From Cirrosporium novae-zelandiae (Eukaryota): 64,000 bases of DNA. The stretch covers positions 558,001 through 622,000 of the forward strand of contig JAPETS010000013.1 of assembly GCA_026023565.1 (NCBI GenBank), given 5' to 3'. The translations under genes and the position numbers were made by a program. Shown here in pieces: positions 42,400 to 54,209 of this stretch. Positions within the stretch are counted from its first letter, which is position 1; every line of letters begins with the position of its first letter. The notes beneath the pieces are model-generated. The model saw only the letters and a list, made by a program, of their open reading frames with translations. It did not search any database and was not told where the DNA came from.

Positions 42400-42835
42400 A
42401 CGATCAGTCGTGCTATAGATATAGATATCTATAGCATTTTAGTCAATTACCTGTTACATGTAAATGTACAAGGATGTATATCTATCTATAGATATAGATT
42501 ATGCACAACAAACGAATCCCAGAGTAGGGGGGGGGAAGAGACATTTATTTACTATCCTCAATGATAATAAATATCTTCCTGGATGGATAAAATCATGGAT
42601 TAAAACCATGCCTTTGGGATAAGATAATACTGATGTCGACGACGACGCCACCTTCTGGACGCCCTCCTCCATTTTTATTTATTTTTTATTTACCTCCCTC
42701 AACTTCAAATACTTCCAACGCAAAAAAAAAACTTTTTTCAGATAGATCCTAAGACAGACGACGGAAGGCAAAGAAAGCCAACTTGAACGAATCCACCACC
42801 ACCGGAATTTCATTATTGTTATTGTTATTATTATT

Positions 42836-42868
<33 letters not shown>

Positions 42869-44300
42869 TCTCTCTTTCTCCAAAAATCCCCCAGATTGAT
42901 TTCTCCAGCTAGCTATTCGGTAAAAAAGAATTTTGGGAAAATCTATCTGGGGTGTGTCCCACCCAGCCCTTCGAGAGGATAAAGAGATGAAGAGAAAGTA
43001 GTTTTGGCGGCTGCTTTCCTGCCGCCTGTGTGCTTGAGATGGTGCTTTTAAAGAGGTTTGAGGGGGGGGAGGAGGTATTGCGTTTGTTTGTTGGTTTTTT
43101 GGCATTGAGACTCTGGTCTTGTTGTTGTTGTTGTTGTTGTTGTTGGAGGTTTGGTTTCTGGGGGGGGGGGTCTGTGATGGTTATCTCGGTTCCGTTTCCG
43201 TGAGGAGGAGGAGGAGGGGGGTGGCTTGAAGAAAAAGAAGTGGAAGAAGAAGTGGAAGAAGAAGAAAGAGAAAATGGTCCTAGTCATGGTTGTGGTCGTG
43301 GTAGTGGTGAAGGAGGAAGAAATATTTGTAACAAAATAATAATATTATTATTATATAAATCAATATATACTCTAGAACTTATAGACAGACTCAGGAAATA
43401 TTGATACTTGCAACTCAAAAAGAAAAAAGAAAAAGGAAAGGTAATGAAAACCCAAATTGTTTATATTATATTACCTGCCCAGAGGCCTCTCTCCCATCCG
43501 CACTCACACCCACAGGTAAGTAAGTAAATAACTCATTAATCCAAATAAAATAAATACCTAAGTACCTTTTCAAAGAATGGGGCATTTCATTTCATTTCTT
43601 TATTAACAATCCACACACATACACATGCACATGCACAGAGAGAGTACAAGTAATTGAGACTGAAACAAGGGATATGTGATATAGGATGGATGGATAGGAT
43701 ATAAAAACACAGCTCCTCTCCCTCTCCCTCTCCGAGAGCCTCTTCTGTGTATGTTCTTATTTTTTGTATAAGCTTAGTTGAACCAAAAAAAAGGGTAGTT
43801 TAGTAATTATTATATTACATATATTTTCATGTTAGTTGTGTAGTTGTTAGACTTATGCGGCTATAAGTACAGTACAGTACAGTACAGTACAGTACAAATA
43901 TATCTTATCCATTATCTAATTAACGATAATTAGACTACCCCAGATTAGTCTAACCGTCAAAATCCACTTGATTCATTTTATTCTATATCTGTCTTGTCTG
44001 GAGTTGAAAACTTATAATCCTTCTTGAACTTTCGTTTGTCTTTTAATTTTTAATCTTTTTTTTTTGATGTGGATATGGATATAGATGAGTTTTTGTGCGT
44101 GTTCTATTTTTCTGCCACGGCAAGGGGAAGGCTGCTGAGAAGAGAAGAGTATATTTTCTTTGTTTGTTCGGTTTTTTCATTTAATAGAACGGAAGGAGAT
44201 GATGATGATAATGATGACTTCGACGATGGATGGAAGGGCTGGGGTATAGATCGTCCGTCTACCTAACTACTTAGTAGGAAGATCAGTGATGGGCTCAATT
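42400..44300. repeat. Low-complexity, microsatellite-rich intergenic tract
   Basis: (ACT)n ~42837-42866, (TTG)n ~43119-43145, (AGTAC)x6 ~43866-43896, and poly-G, poly-A and GAA runs. Confidence 0.85.
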
Positions 44301-44474
44301 GGTCCTGACATCTATCTTAAAGATAGCTATAATCTATAATAACCCCCCACCCCCAATCCCTCAAACAAAAAAAAATCAAACATCTAGAACCCCAAACCCA
44401 CACTCAAACCCAAAGGGGTCCCCCGTACAACACCACCTATCCCTCCTCCTACCCCCTAAACACCCCCCCCCCCC

Positions 44475-45103
44475 TTAAAAAATCCCCCCATCCGCTACCA
44501 GCGGCCTCAACACCCTCCCATTCACAGGATATCCATGACTATCAACGGTGCGGAATTTTATCGGCGGACCCAGGCGGATACGGTGGCTTTGTTTTTAAGG
44601 GTTTGTTAGTTTGTGTGGATGTTGAGTGAAGGGATTGAGAAGGGAAAGGGGATCAAGATGCGAGGTCTGATACAAATAAACAACCCACACTCGTCCACAT
44701 TTCACTCACCCGGACTCCCAATCCCTCAGTTCATCCCTCAAGTCGTCCTGATACCACATAAGAAAATCCATAGCACACTGATACCTCTCTTCCAACCCCT
44801 CCTGATGTGCCATTTCAAGCTCATCATCATCGTCGTAGTAGTATCTATAGGCCTGGTGGTGGTAGTAGGGGGGAGGGTAATGGTGGGGGTGGGGGTGCCT
44901 TTGTATAAGTAAATAAGTAAATAAGTAAGTCATAAGTCTGCAAGAAGGAGGAGGGGAGTGGGTCGTCACCTATGATATCCACGAGAATGATGATGATAAT
45001 GATGATGCTGGGGCCCTACTCCTCCTCCACGATAATCAAACCCATTCTTATTATAGGGGAGAAAAGGCGAACTATAAGTAACCGAAGGATAATAGTAATC
45101 CAT
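44475..45103 (-). CDS. Putative orphan His/Tyr-rich protein, 144 aa (3 exons)
   Basis: Exons 45103-44970, 44898-44710 and 44586-44475 join in frame through two phase-2 introns (the second has GTGAGT..ACTAAC..AAG). Confidence 0.5.
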
Positions 45104-45459
45104 TCTCTCGTCTCGTATTCGCTTTTAGGATATATCCAAATGTTCAATATCTTAATATGCAATCATACCCAAGAATAAAAAACTGTTATATTAAAGTTAG
45201 GAGCAGTTTGAACCAAGCGTCAATTCAAATTTCTAATTTTCTGCTTAACTCGCGCTTCCTAGACTAGAAGAAAAACAAAAAACAAAAAAGTTAGGAAGCT
45301 GTGACTTCATTAAATACCACCATCATTGACCATGTGGGTAACAGTGCCACCTTTGAATGAGCCCCATGTATTCAAAACCATAAAAAAAACATTTGTTTGT
45401 GCTGGGTTGGATATGTTTGCCATGCAATCTAATGTATAGTAGAACAAGCGGGCATTAAG

Positions 45460-48449
45460 CTAGTTTGGTTTTCTTGTTTGCTGAAAATCATGACACGAAT
45501 TTGGCCTTGAATAATATTTCTCAAGCACTTCTGCGGTATCATCATCTACCCGGTTGGTAGAGTCATTTAAAACTTCGTTTTGGGGATTTGTAAAGTCAGG
45601 TGCCGTTTCTTCACTACCCAAATCTTCACTCGAGGTACTACAACGCAAAAGGCTAACTCGACGTCCTCCACAGCTAGGATGCCTGGATGGTGAGGGTGCA
45701 ACGGGAAAGCAAGGTCCCTCTGCTTTCTTCGACCGTTTCAATGCCACATAACTTCTCATTCTTTTGCGCTGGTATTCATGCTCACGAAGCTGTTCTGGAG
45801 TCAAGGATGGATAATGTTGCAGGCGGATGTCCTCAAAACCAACCCCAGCTGGTGTTGAACTTTTGTAATACTTGACTCTAGCATTACGTTTCTCGTAGCT
45901 GTACTTCCGGACTTCATACGTAGTCCAATTCGCATCGAGATACTCCCAGAGACATTCGAGGACCCCTGCTGGATAAGATGAGTTCAAAGATATACACTCG
46001 GTGTAGACTATGGCAACGTCAGTTCTCAGGAATTATTTGTCAAGAGAGATCCAAACCAAATCGAACTTGCATTTTAACTTTGGTTCTGTGCCAGATGCCC
46101 GAACGGAGACGCGACACCCGTCGTCAAACCATGCGGTAATCATCTTTGTATCAGGGCTTGATGGAAGACGTGGTTTCTTGTCGGGATATTTGGAATCATA
46201 TGCAGAAGCACCTAGGTCTCTCCATCTCAAGATTCTGTGTACATTAATGAATCCAAGGCTTTCCGGATCTGATGGGCTTGGGCCTTGACTGCGAATGTGA
46301 TCAAAAAATGCCTCAGTGGTTGCTATGGTCGGGGAGATGAAATAGCGATTCAGCGTCTTAAAGTAGCCATATTTTGAGCATAGCTGTTCTAGTTTTTCAT
46401 AAGGGGTAAGACCTTCCACAGCTTTCCACGTTGCTGCCGCAGTAAGAAAAAAAGCCGCCGCCGCAATCCCGTCTTTGTCATGGCATAGATGCCCAAACAT
46501 GTAGCCAATGGCTTCTTCATAAGCAAACGGAACGCTATAATTCTGGCTCTCTAACTCTAGAGCACGATTAGCAATATTCTTGAATCCGGTCAAAGTTTCC
46601 TCGTGGTGAAATCCTTCTATCTCCGCCATCTTAGCGAAAATACTTGAAGAGACTGCTGAGTTGAGCATGGCTATTTTTTTATCGCCACCAGATCTTGCTC
46701 GGGTATGTTCAAGAACATATGAAGCAAGCAAAATGCCCATTTCGTCGCCAGTGAAGGTTCGCCATTCGCCACCGGACAACAATTCTGAAACACAAAAGCG
46801 ATCAGCATCAGGATCATTGGCAAGCACCAAAGGGATTTCCTCTGAATTTGCAAGCTTCTGTGCAACCATCAGTGTATAACTATCTTCTGGATTTGGGGAT
46901 GGTAAACCAGGAAACTTTGCATCCGGTTGTATCTGATCCCTTGGGAAACGCATTTTCCCAAATTGTACGCGTCTGACTACTCGGTAGTCGTCTGGGAAGG
47001 GTGTAGGCATCTCAACTTTAAGACCACGACGTTTGAGGTAGTTAATTAGGTAGCGTCCGCCGACGCCGCATAAGGGGGTATAAACGAAGTCGGGGTACTG
47101 GTGGATATCCATGTCTATATGTGGGACGATCAAGTCGCAGAGTTTGTTATAGTATGCTTCTTCAAGTGAATACAAATCAATCATTTGGCCTTCTCTCTTA
47201 AAAGGCTTGTCAGAGAGTTGATGCAGATTCTCCAAACTTGGAACAACGAGGTCATTGATGTATTTAATAATTTTACCATGTTCCCTAAGGATCTGGACGC
47301 CGTTTTCATTATACAGCTTGTAACCATTGTCTATGAATCTCATTAGCGAGGAATAATGTATAGTATATATACCGAATAAACTTTACCGGCAGCTGGGTTG
47401 TGGCTTGCCGTTATCATCACACCGGCGACAGCGCTGAAATGATCGACACCAAAGGAAACGAAGGGGGTTGGAATATAGTCATCTAGCCAATACACATGGA
47501 TCCCTTTCTGCTCAAAAGAATTTGCAGTAATTCGCGCAAAACGGCGAGAATTCCTTCGGATATCGTAGCCAACCACGACACCTCTCTCTTTAGCGTCATC
47601 GAATGTATCGAGAAGGTATTGTGCAATGCCTAGAGTAACTATGGCGACATTCACGTCGTTCATGGCATGAAAGCCACCTTCCATAGGACCACGAAGACCG
47701 GCGGTACCGAAGTCGATTCCTAAGTACAATGGCATTGCTTGAGTAATTGCTTATAACTATCCGGAGATATCTAATGATAATTTGTAATGCAAAATAACGT
47801 ATGAGGGGTCAATTGAGCAAAAGAACAAATTCGGTGATGGTGTTATTGATAATGAGATTCAGTGGGAAAAGAGGTAAAGAAGACCGTGAGGCATTGTCAA
47901 AGCTTAGGAGACTCCCGGCGTCGAATATAGAAAGTGCAAGAACTCACGTTTGCGAAGGCGCCTTTCAAGTTCATTGTTGTTCTTGGCTTCTAGGAGATCG
48001 CTAATTTCCTTTCTTGTCTCGGGATTCTATAGTAATAACGTTGTACACATACCTACTTGCGAGTCACGGCAAACGTCTTCAGCTATAAGGTAAGTTACTC
48101 CTCGAAGGCCCCGACGAGAATTAACTTCCCGCATAGCTTCAGGACGTATGACCGTGGCTCGGTGGTATGTGCCGTACGTTAAGAAGTTAGTATCATTGGC
48201 TAGGGCAGAGGGCCCCTCATCAGTCAAATTGATGGCATATGGTATATTGCTTTGCGGAATGCAATGGGTTTTCTACGGTCATGGAACTTGCAGAATCATA
48301 TAGGATATCTTACAGGATCAATGGACAACCATTTCTCCGCCAATTCCTCAATGGGAACACTGAAGTCCTATATAATAATCAGCTCCCTGTTTCTCGTATT
48401 CCTCACGGGAAATGCCTAAATGGCTAAAGGCTCGTACTATTTTGGACAT
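45460..48449 (-). CDS. Alpha-D-phosphohexomutase, PGM2/phosphoribomutase-like, divergent (6 exons, one GC-AG intron)
   Basis: Spliced MSKI-DFSVPIEELAEKWLSIDP-NPETRKEI..RRLRK-RIDFGTAGLRG; catalytic TASHNP, DNGYK, metal loop DPDADR, FAYEEAIGY, DKDG, VRASGTEPKLKFY. Confidence 0.88.
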
Positions 48450-48759
48450 GGCCGTTGTATGCACTGGAAGTCAGTAATAAATCAGATAGAGTTGAGAAGA
48501 AAATACAAGCTAATCGTGCTTGCTTGCCTTGGAAACAGAGTAGAGAGCGTTTGAGGAGGGGTGTTTCCTAGTCAAGGGAGATGGTTGTTGTTGGAGTGTG
48601 GAGTGTAGAGTGTAGAATGTGGAGTTGTGGAGTTGTGGAGTGTAGTTGGTGTCCATTCCCCGCAAATGTATGCCTAATTAGTAAGGCATAGAATCACACA
48701 CCACCATCTACCACCATCGGCAAACATCAAAGGTTTAGATAATCTATCTACTTATAATA

Positions 48760-50578
48760 TTAGCCCATCTCCTTCATTCCTATATGAACTATTCCCCTGA
48801 TAAATCCTCTAACCCCATTGCTCACCCACACTCTTTCCCCTTCTTTGATTCTATCCGGCCCATCCAGATTAATCACGCCTTCTTCTGCCAGACCCTTCTC
48901 CAATGCCCACAACCTTGCAGTACCATTGCACCCTCCACACTCTAGTTTAGGTGTCACCCACCCTCCTGAACGGAAGAAATAAATATTTGTGAAGCTGCAT
49001 TCCATGACCTGGCCAAGAGTGTTGTGAAGCAGAACTTCATCCGGAATTGCATGTGCTGGGCTGCTGCTTGCTAGGGCCTTCGTAGCATTAAGAGTTTTTA
49101 AGCGTGCATGATCATAATGAGAGCGAAGCGTGGTTTTATGCGCTGTATAGAGGGAGGGGATAGTAGTATTAGGACAAGTATAAATAGGCCAGATTTCCGT
49201 CTTGTCTGATAGGTCTGCACTCCAATCCAGGTTGCGTGGGAATAGTTGCTCCAGAGGCAATGGTTGCGTGGGCACACTTTCAGCGGACGGATTACCTTTC
49301 GGATCAAGCAAGAACCGTATTCGGAATGGTTTACCATTGTTTGAGACAGGGGTGATGAAAGAGGTAAATGACTCCAGAGAAAGGCCAGAAAGGTAGGCGA
49401 ATGCTCCAGATGATACAGGAGAGAAAGCTCGGGCAGTACTGATCAGGCGGGCATGATGGTAGGGTAGTAAATATATATGAGGAGGGGGAAGTGCAGGGTC
49501 GTAACGTATTGTGGTCAGGAAGTTCAAGCTTTGTGAGAGAGCCGATGCAGGAGGATTGTTGGGGTTTGTCCATGGCATCCTAACACATCCTGTCTTAGAT
49601 TCCATGCCCACTATGAGTTCTCGAACCATGTTTTTATCTTGAATTTCCAAACCTTGGAGTAATTCCTCTACCCAACTGTCATCCCATCCCCTTTGCTTTC
49701 TTTTAGCTTGCAATTCTGCCCCGGTACCACGAGGATCCCGCAGCCAAGGCTCATATCCACGTTTACGCTCACCTTGTTCCACGTCTAAGCGCTTGATCTC
49801 ATCCATAGGTGGATCAATCCCCATAAAGCGCCATCGGTCCACTTCCTTTGGCCATCCAATACTCTGCAGATGCAATTCTTCGAATCTGGGGCGTTTAAAA
49901 GCATGAGATATCAGAGTAATATGCTGTGGCCATCTCTTAGAAAGACGGTGAAATTTCAATATCGGAAAAAGAGTATTCTGATACGAGTCCGTGGCATATT
50001 CATCTGTAACTGCATAGGGAAGTAGTTCCTTCGGGAGGAGGTTCCGGGCAACTATAAGGCTCTAAGATAATAGGTTAGAGGACTCATAGCAAGATCTGAG
50101 GAAGAAAGGCTTCGCGGGATAAATGTAATTTACAAGATATGATTGAGCTTCTGAGAGTGACGTTTTATTGAGTTTTGTCGGTGCGCTATATAAGGGTTAG
50201 TAGGTCACAGTCCATTTAACCTGGAGATGGTAGGAAATAAGAGTAGCGAGATAGATATGATACACACAGGCTCCCAATTATAATTAAGTTAAGAAATCAA
50301 ATCAAGAGAGACGGGACATAAGGAAGCCTAACAACGCCTAAAAAAATCCCAACCTACCCACTACAAATCAATAACCTCTTCCCCAACCCTCCTTCTTTCA
50401 AAACCTCACACCCCCTCCCCAAATGACCTATAAACGTTTCGACCTCCCCCCTCTGAAAGGGTTCGATAAGCCATTCTTTCTCATCCGCACCAGCAGTGGG
50501 CCCGCTGAGCCAGATGGCGTGACAGCAGACAATGATGAGGTGTGTGAGTTCTTCGTTGTGGTTTGGATTTAGGGGCAT
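48760..50578 (-). CDS. Apparent fusion: DUF218/YOR238W-like domain + 4-amino-4-deoxychorismate lyase (aminotransferase class IV, Abz2-like)
   Basis: N-part HLIIVCCHAIW..EWLIEPFQ..SGAPTK..SEAQSY..ATDSYQN..ITLISHAFKRPRF; C-part TTIRYDP, YHHARL, HKTT (PLP Lys), EVLL, ECSFTNIYF, GTAR, SNGVRGF; no stop between the parts. Confidence 0.8.
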
Positions 50579-51317
50579 GATGGATATTCAGTTGCTTATT
50601 GGTCTAGTTAAATAGCATTTTCGCTGTGTTGTTGGAGATGTAGAAAGTCCTTATAACAAGGCAGGGATTTTGTACTTGGATGGTTTATTCTGACACACGG
50701 TTATTAATCCCACACGCCGTTTCTAACCCTAAGTCCCAAATTAAAATATACCAAATCTAGCCAAGGACGACAACTATCAACATTAACCCTAAGATCCACA
50801 GCAACCAAGGCCATGTAGTGAATGATTTATGTATCCATAGCATTTAATTATCTTTTTATCAGTCAGGTTAAAGGGTATCTATTGCATCTATCATCCATCC
50901 GTCCATTGATCCCTCCATCTAATAGCGAATGTAATATACCCCCATCATCAAACCTGCCTATTTTTCTAATCCATCCTGTCTAATTCCCCTTCAAGCTTTT
51001 TCCATTAAAAATATAATATCAAATTTCAAGATCAGTAATCTTCCAAGCAAAAAATATAAAAGCAATAGGATCACCCGGTCCACCAACACGGAGGCTCGTT
51101 TTAGTTGCTTTTTTTTTTTGAGGCAGCTGCAGTCATGGCAGGAATTAAAATAAGTAAGACAAGAAGTCGAAGACGCTCGACAGAGCGAAAAGCTGAAAAA
51201 TCATAATAGTGTACAGGTGTGGCAATGGAGGGGATAGGATCCATGTAACGAATTCGGGTCGGATCGAGTTACGTGGACCGTGCTCAATGGGATGGAACTT
51301 CAGCGTCCTGTGGTTAT

Positions 51318-52757
51318 TTACTCCTCTCTAACCACTTGCAACCATTCATCAACATTCAACCTCCTTACACTTCCGTCCACAGGCCTCACACTCCCTTTGA
51401 CCCACTCAGTGACAATACCTCCCTTCCTAGCCCGAATTCCCTGGATACCTTCCCTGGCAAATATGAGAGGTCTTCCAAGTTTCACCATTTCCAGTTTCTG
51501 GAATTGGTTCTTCGCGTCAGCGTACGGTGAAGAACCTGTTGCAGCTATAAGAAGTGTCATTCCGAGAGCATAAATGTCTGCCGCTTTAGTAGCCGTAGGG
51601 GTATTATTCAAGGAAATATCATGGCCGATGGCGGTAGAGTAGAAGGAAGAAAGGAGTTCGGGCGAGGCAAAATCTTCGGTTATGGCCGAGACTGGTGGTG
51701 GAGGGGGATATGCTGGAGGGAGGGAGACATATGAAGAGGAGAAGTCGCAGTAGACGGGCCGAAACCTTGGTTCTGTTGAGGTTGGGTCGCTCGGCGATTC
51801 ATCAATGGGAGCAAGGAGAATATTCCGTGGCTTAATATCTCCATGAACGCAGTGCATGTGATGGAGAAACGCAAGTCCAGATACGAGATCCCGGGTAAGA
51901 GATTTCCAGGCATCTAGGCCAATGATAGGATCCCAGAAGCTAAGTGAATTGTTATCTAAGGCAGTAGCCGCGGCGTTGAGGGCGTAGGCGTGCAAGGTCA
52001 GAGGTATAGCATCATAGACAAGGCGATGATCGTCTGATATAAACCCATGAAAAGGGGCGATATAGTTTGCAGATTCGCGATCCCGATGTAGGTAGGAAAG
52101 GATACGAGCTTCGTTTGCCATTACATCTGGAGCATCTCTGCGGAGGGGAATCTTGATGGCGAGAAGTTTCATATGGCCGGTGGCTTTATGTTCATATGAG
52201 CTCGTAGGTGTGGTAGGAGGAGTAGGTAAATTCTTTGCTTTCGATTCAGGTCCAAATCTCATGATTTCCCATGCCGGCCGAACACGACTCCAGGCGCCGT
52301 CTCCAAAGTCATCATCATCGGCACAGAATTTGTAGATGCCCGTATATTCTTTGATGGGTACATCTTGGAAGGTTAGAGGTTCAAGTTCGGATCCTGAGAG
52401 TATTTCACGGCCATTCTCGGGCTGTGCATGGGCATCAGCCGTTTCCTTGTCATTTATACCATCATTCTGAAGAGCCATATAGTTGTGGTCGAGGATATTC
52501 TCCATGGTGGACTTTTGTCCTTTCGTGGGGGTTATAAGAGGAGTAGATAGTGTGGATGACGCAATAACAGCAGCCAATATTTGCTCCGAAGTCGGACTCT
52601 GATAAGTGGTGGGCGAGGGTTGCAAGCGCATCAAATTGGTTCTCTGAGGAACAGCAAACTGTGTATTGATGTTTGGAGTTATGGAGTTGAGTCGCGAAGC
52701 TAGAGGGTTGGGAGCGTTGAGAGCTGGCTGTGAAGGAATGACGGTCTTGAGTGACAT
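51318..52757 (-). CDS. Protein kinase-like protein (divergent Ser/Thr kinase)
   Basis: FGDGAWSRV, LAIK, NEARIL, HGDIKPRNILL, CDFS, ASPEL, DIYALG. Confidence 0.85.
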   Translation of the reverse strand: MSLKTVIPSQPALNAPNPLASRLNSITPNINTQFAVPQRTNLMRLQPSPTTYQSPTSEQILAAVIASSTLSTPLITPTKGQKSTMENILDHNYMALQNDGINDKETADAHAQPENGREILSGSELEPLTFQDVPIKEYTGIYKFCADDDDFGDGAWSRVRPAWEIMRFGPESKAKNLPTPPTTPTSSYEHKATGHMKLLAIKIPLRRDAPDVMANEARILSYLHRDRESANYIAPFHGFISDDHRLVYDAIPLTLHAYALNAAATALDNNSLSFWDPIIGLDAWKSLTRDLVSGLAFLHHMHCVHGDIKPRNILLAPIDESPSDPTSTEPRFRPVYCDFSSSYVSLPPAYPPPPPVSAITEDFASPELLSSFYSTAIGHDISLNNTPTATKAADIYALGMTLLIAATGSSPYADAKNQFQKLEMVKLGRPLIFAREGIQGIRARKGGIVTEWVKGSVRPVDGSVRRLNVDEWLQVVREE

Positions 52758-54209
52758 GACGATAGAAGTATGAGAAGTATGGAGAGATGAATATATTTTT
52801 TAGGGAAAGGTTGTTCTCGATACAGATTTTCAGAAGCCCAAAATTGCGCAGTCATGTTCCGATGACAACTTTATCGGGGTGGGGGGGGGGGGGGGGGGAA
52901 ATTTGTGGGGTTGCGGCGTCTGGAAGGTTGAGGTACCAAGAGTTAAAACACAGATAGTAGTAGTTATTATATAGAGAGCGTAAATGAATGGTGGTACAGT
53001 ACTCGTACAACCAAAGAAACTTTAAGTTGAATTTAAACAGCAAATTCAACAGCAGGTGGGTAGTGTTTTTTTGGTTAGAGTAAGATATTATATGAGTGAG
53101 AAGAAATATTTAGAAATCAGGGTGAGGTGATGGGAGATGGGAAATGGGGAGCCGCAAATTAGAAATTCTGAATGGGGAGAGGGGGGGGGGGGGGGGGGGG
53201 GGGGGGTGGATAGGCCAAAAGAAGGCAAGAAAACCTTTATCATGGAATCATGGTTGGATTGTGACCTGGATCGTGACTTCAATCGGACAAACAAAACATA
53301 AACGAACACCCACTTTCGGCTTTTCGGCTTTCAGCTTTCATTCTTCCGTCATTCATATCAAGAACTCGAATGTTGCTGATAAGACTGAATGAGAAAACAA
53401 TAAAGTAAAACGTGAGGGTTTTGTCTTATCCCATTGGTCCCAGTAGCCTTTCAAGTCTGGTATATAATGTATATAATAATTATCATAATCTCATCAGTCA
53501 TAACAACCTTTCTTTTATTTTTCTTGTTTTTTTTTTTTGAACTTTCTTGACGTTGCACTTAATTCTTGTCTTTGTGTGGTCAAAGTGTCATTCATTCCCA
53601 TGAATTTGGGAACCCATCAAAATTCAAGGTTGGACCAAACCATTTTGGGTATCCTGTATTCGCTTACTAATCAGTTTTCTGTAAAGCTTCTTGAACCACC
53701 TGGTTTACCTCATTATCTAGGTACCTAGGTATTTATTGCTAACTGTCGGCATTGCTTAATATAATTAACCATAAACATTCATTGATTCTTTCACCTTAAT
53801 TAAATTTACCTTCAATATCAATAATAGAATGAGAAATGAGATATTTATTACCGAGAAAGAAAAAGAAAAAGAAAAAAGAAAAACTCGGCCCGAGCCTGAT
53901 AAGGCCGAGACATACGTTTGTTCTGTTTGCTAAATATTGGATCAAGCATATTCATTCACAATACCTAGTATTGCATAGACTATTCGATTGCATATTTCAT
54001 CACAACTGCCATCTGTCTAGATCCCCTTCCTTTCGCTTATAAATTTTAGGCTATCCAATTCATTAAAATACATAAGTGGAGTAATGAAAACATGGTTAAA
54101 TTCAAGAATAACTCCCGTTCCATTGGGAGAAATATTGACAATAAAATAAATCATCATCCATACGTTTTGTAACATGCGAAATGAACAGGCAAAATATAGC
54201 AATACCGCC

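Noticed and set aside
42074..43287. ORFs of 80-108 aa in the low-complexity tract
   Set aside because: Products of microsatellites and homopolymers with no coding signal
48205..48226. CTGATGAG (minus strand), hammerhead-ribozyme core-like
   Set aside because: No GAAA after a stem II and no consistent stems I/III
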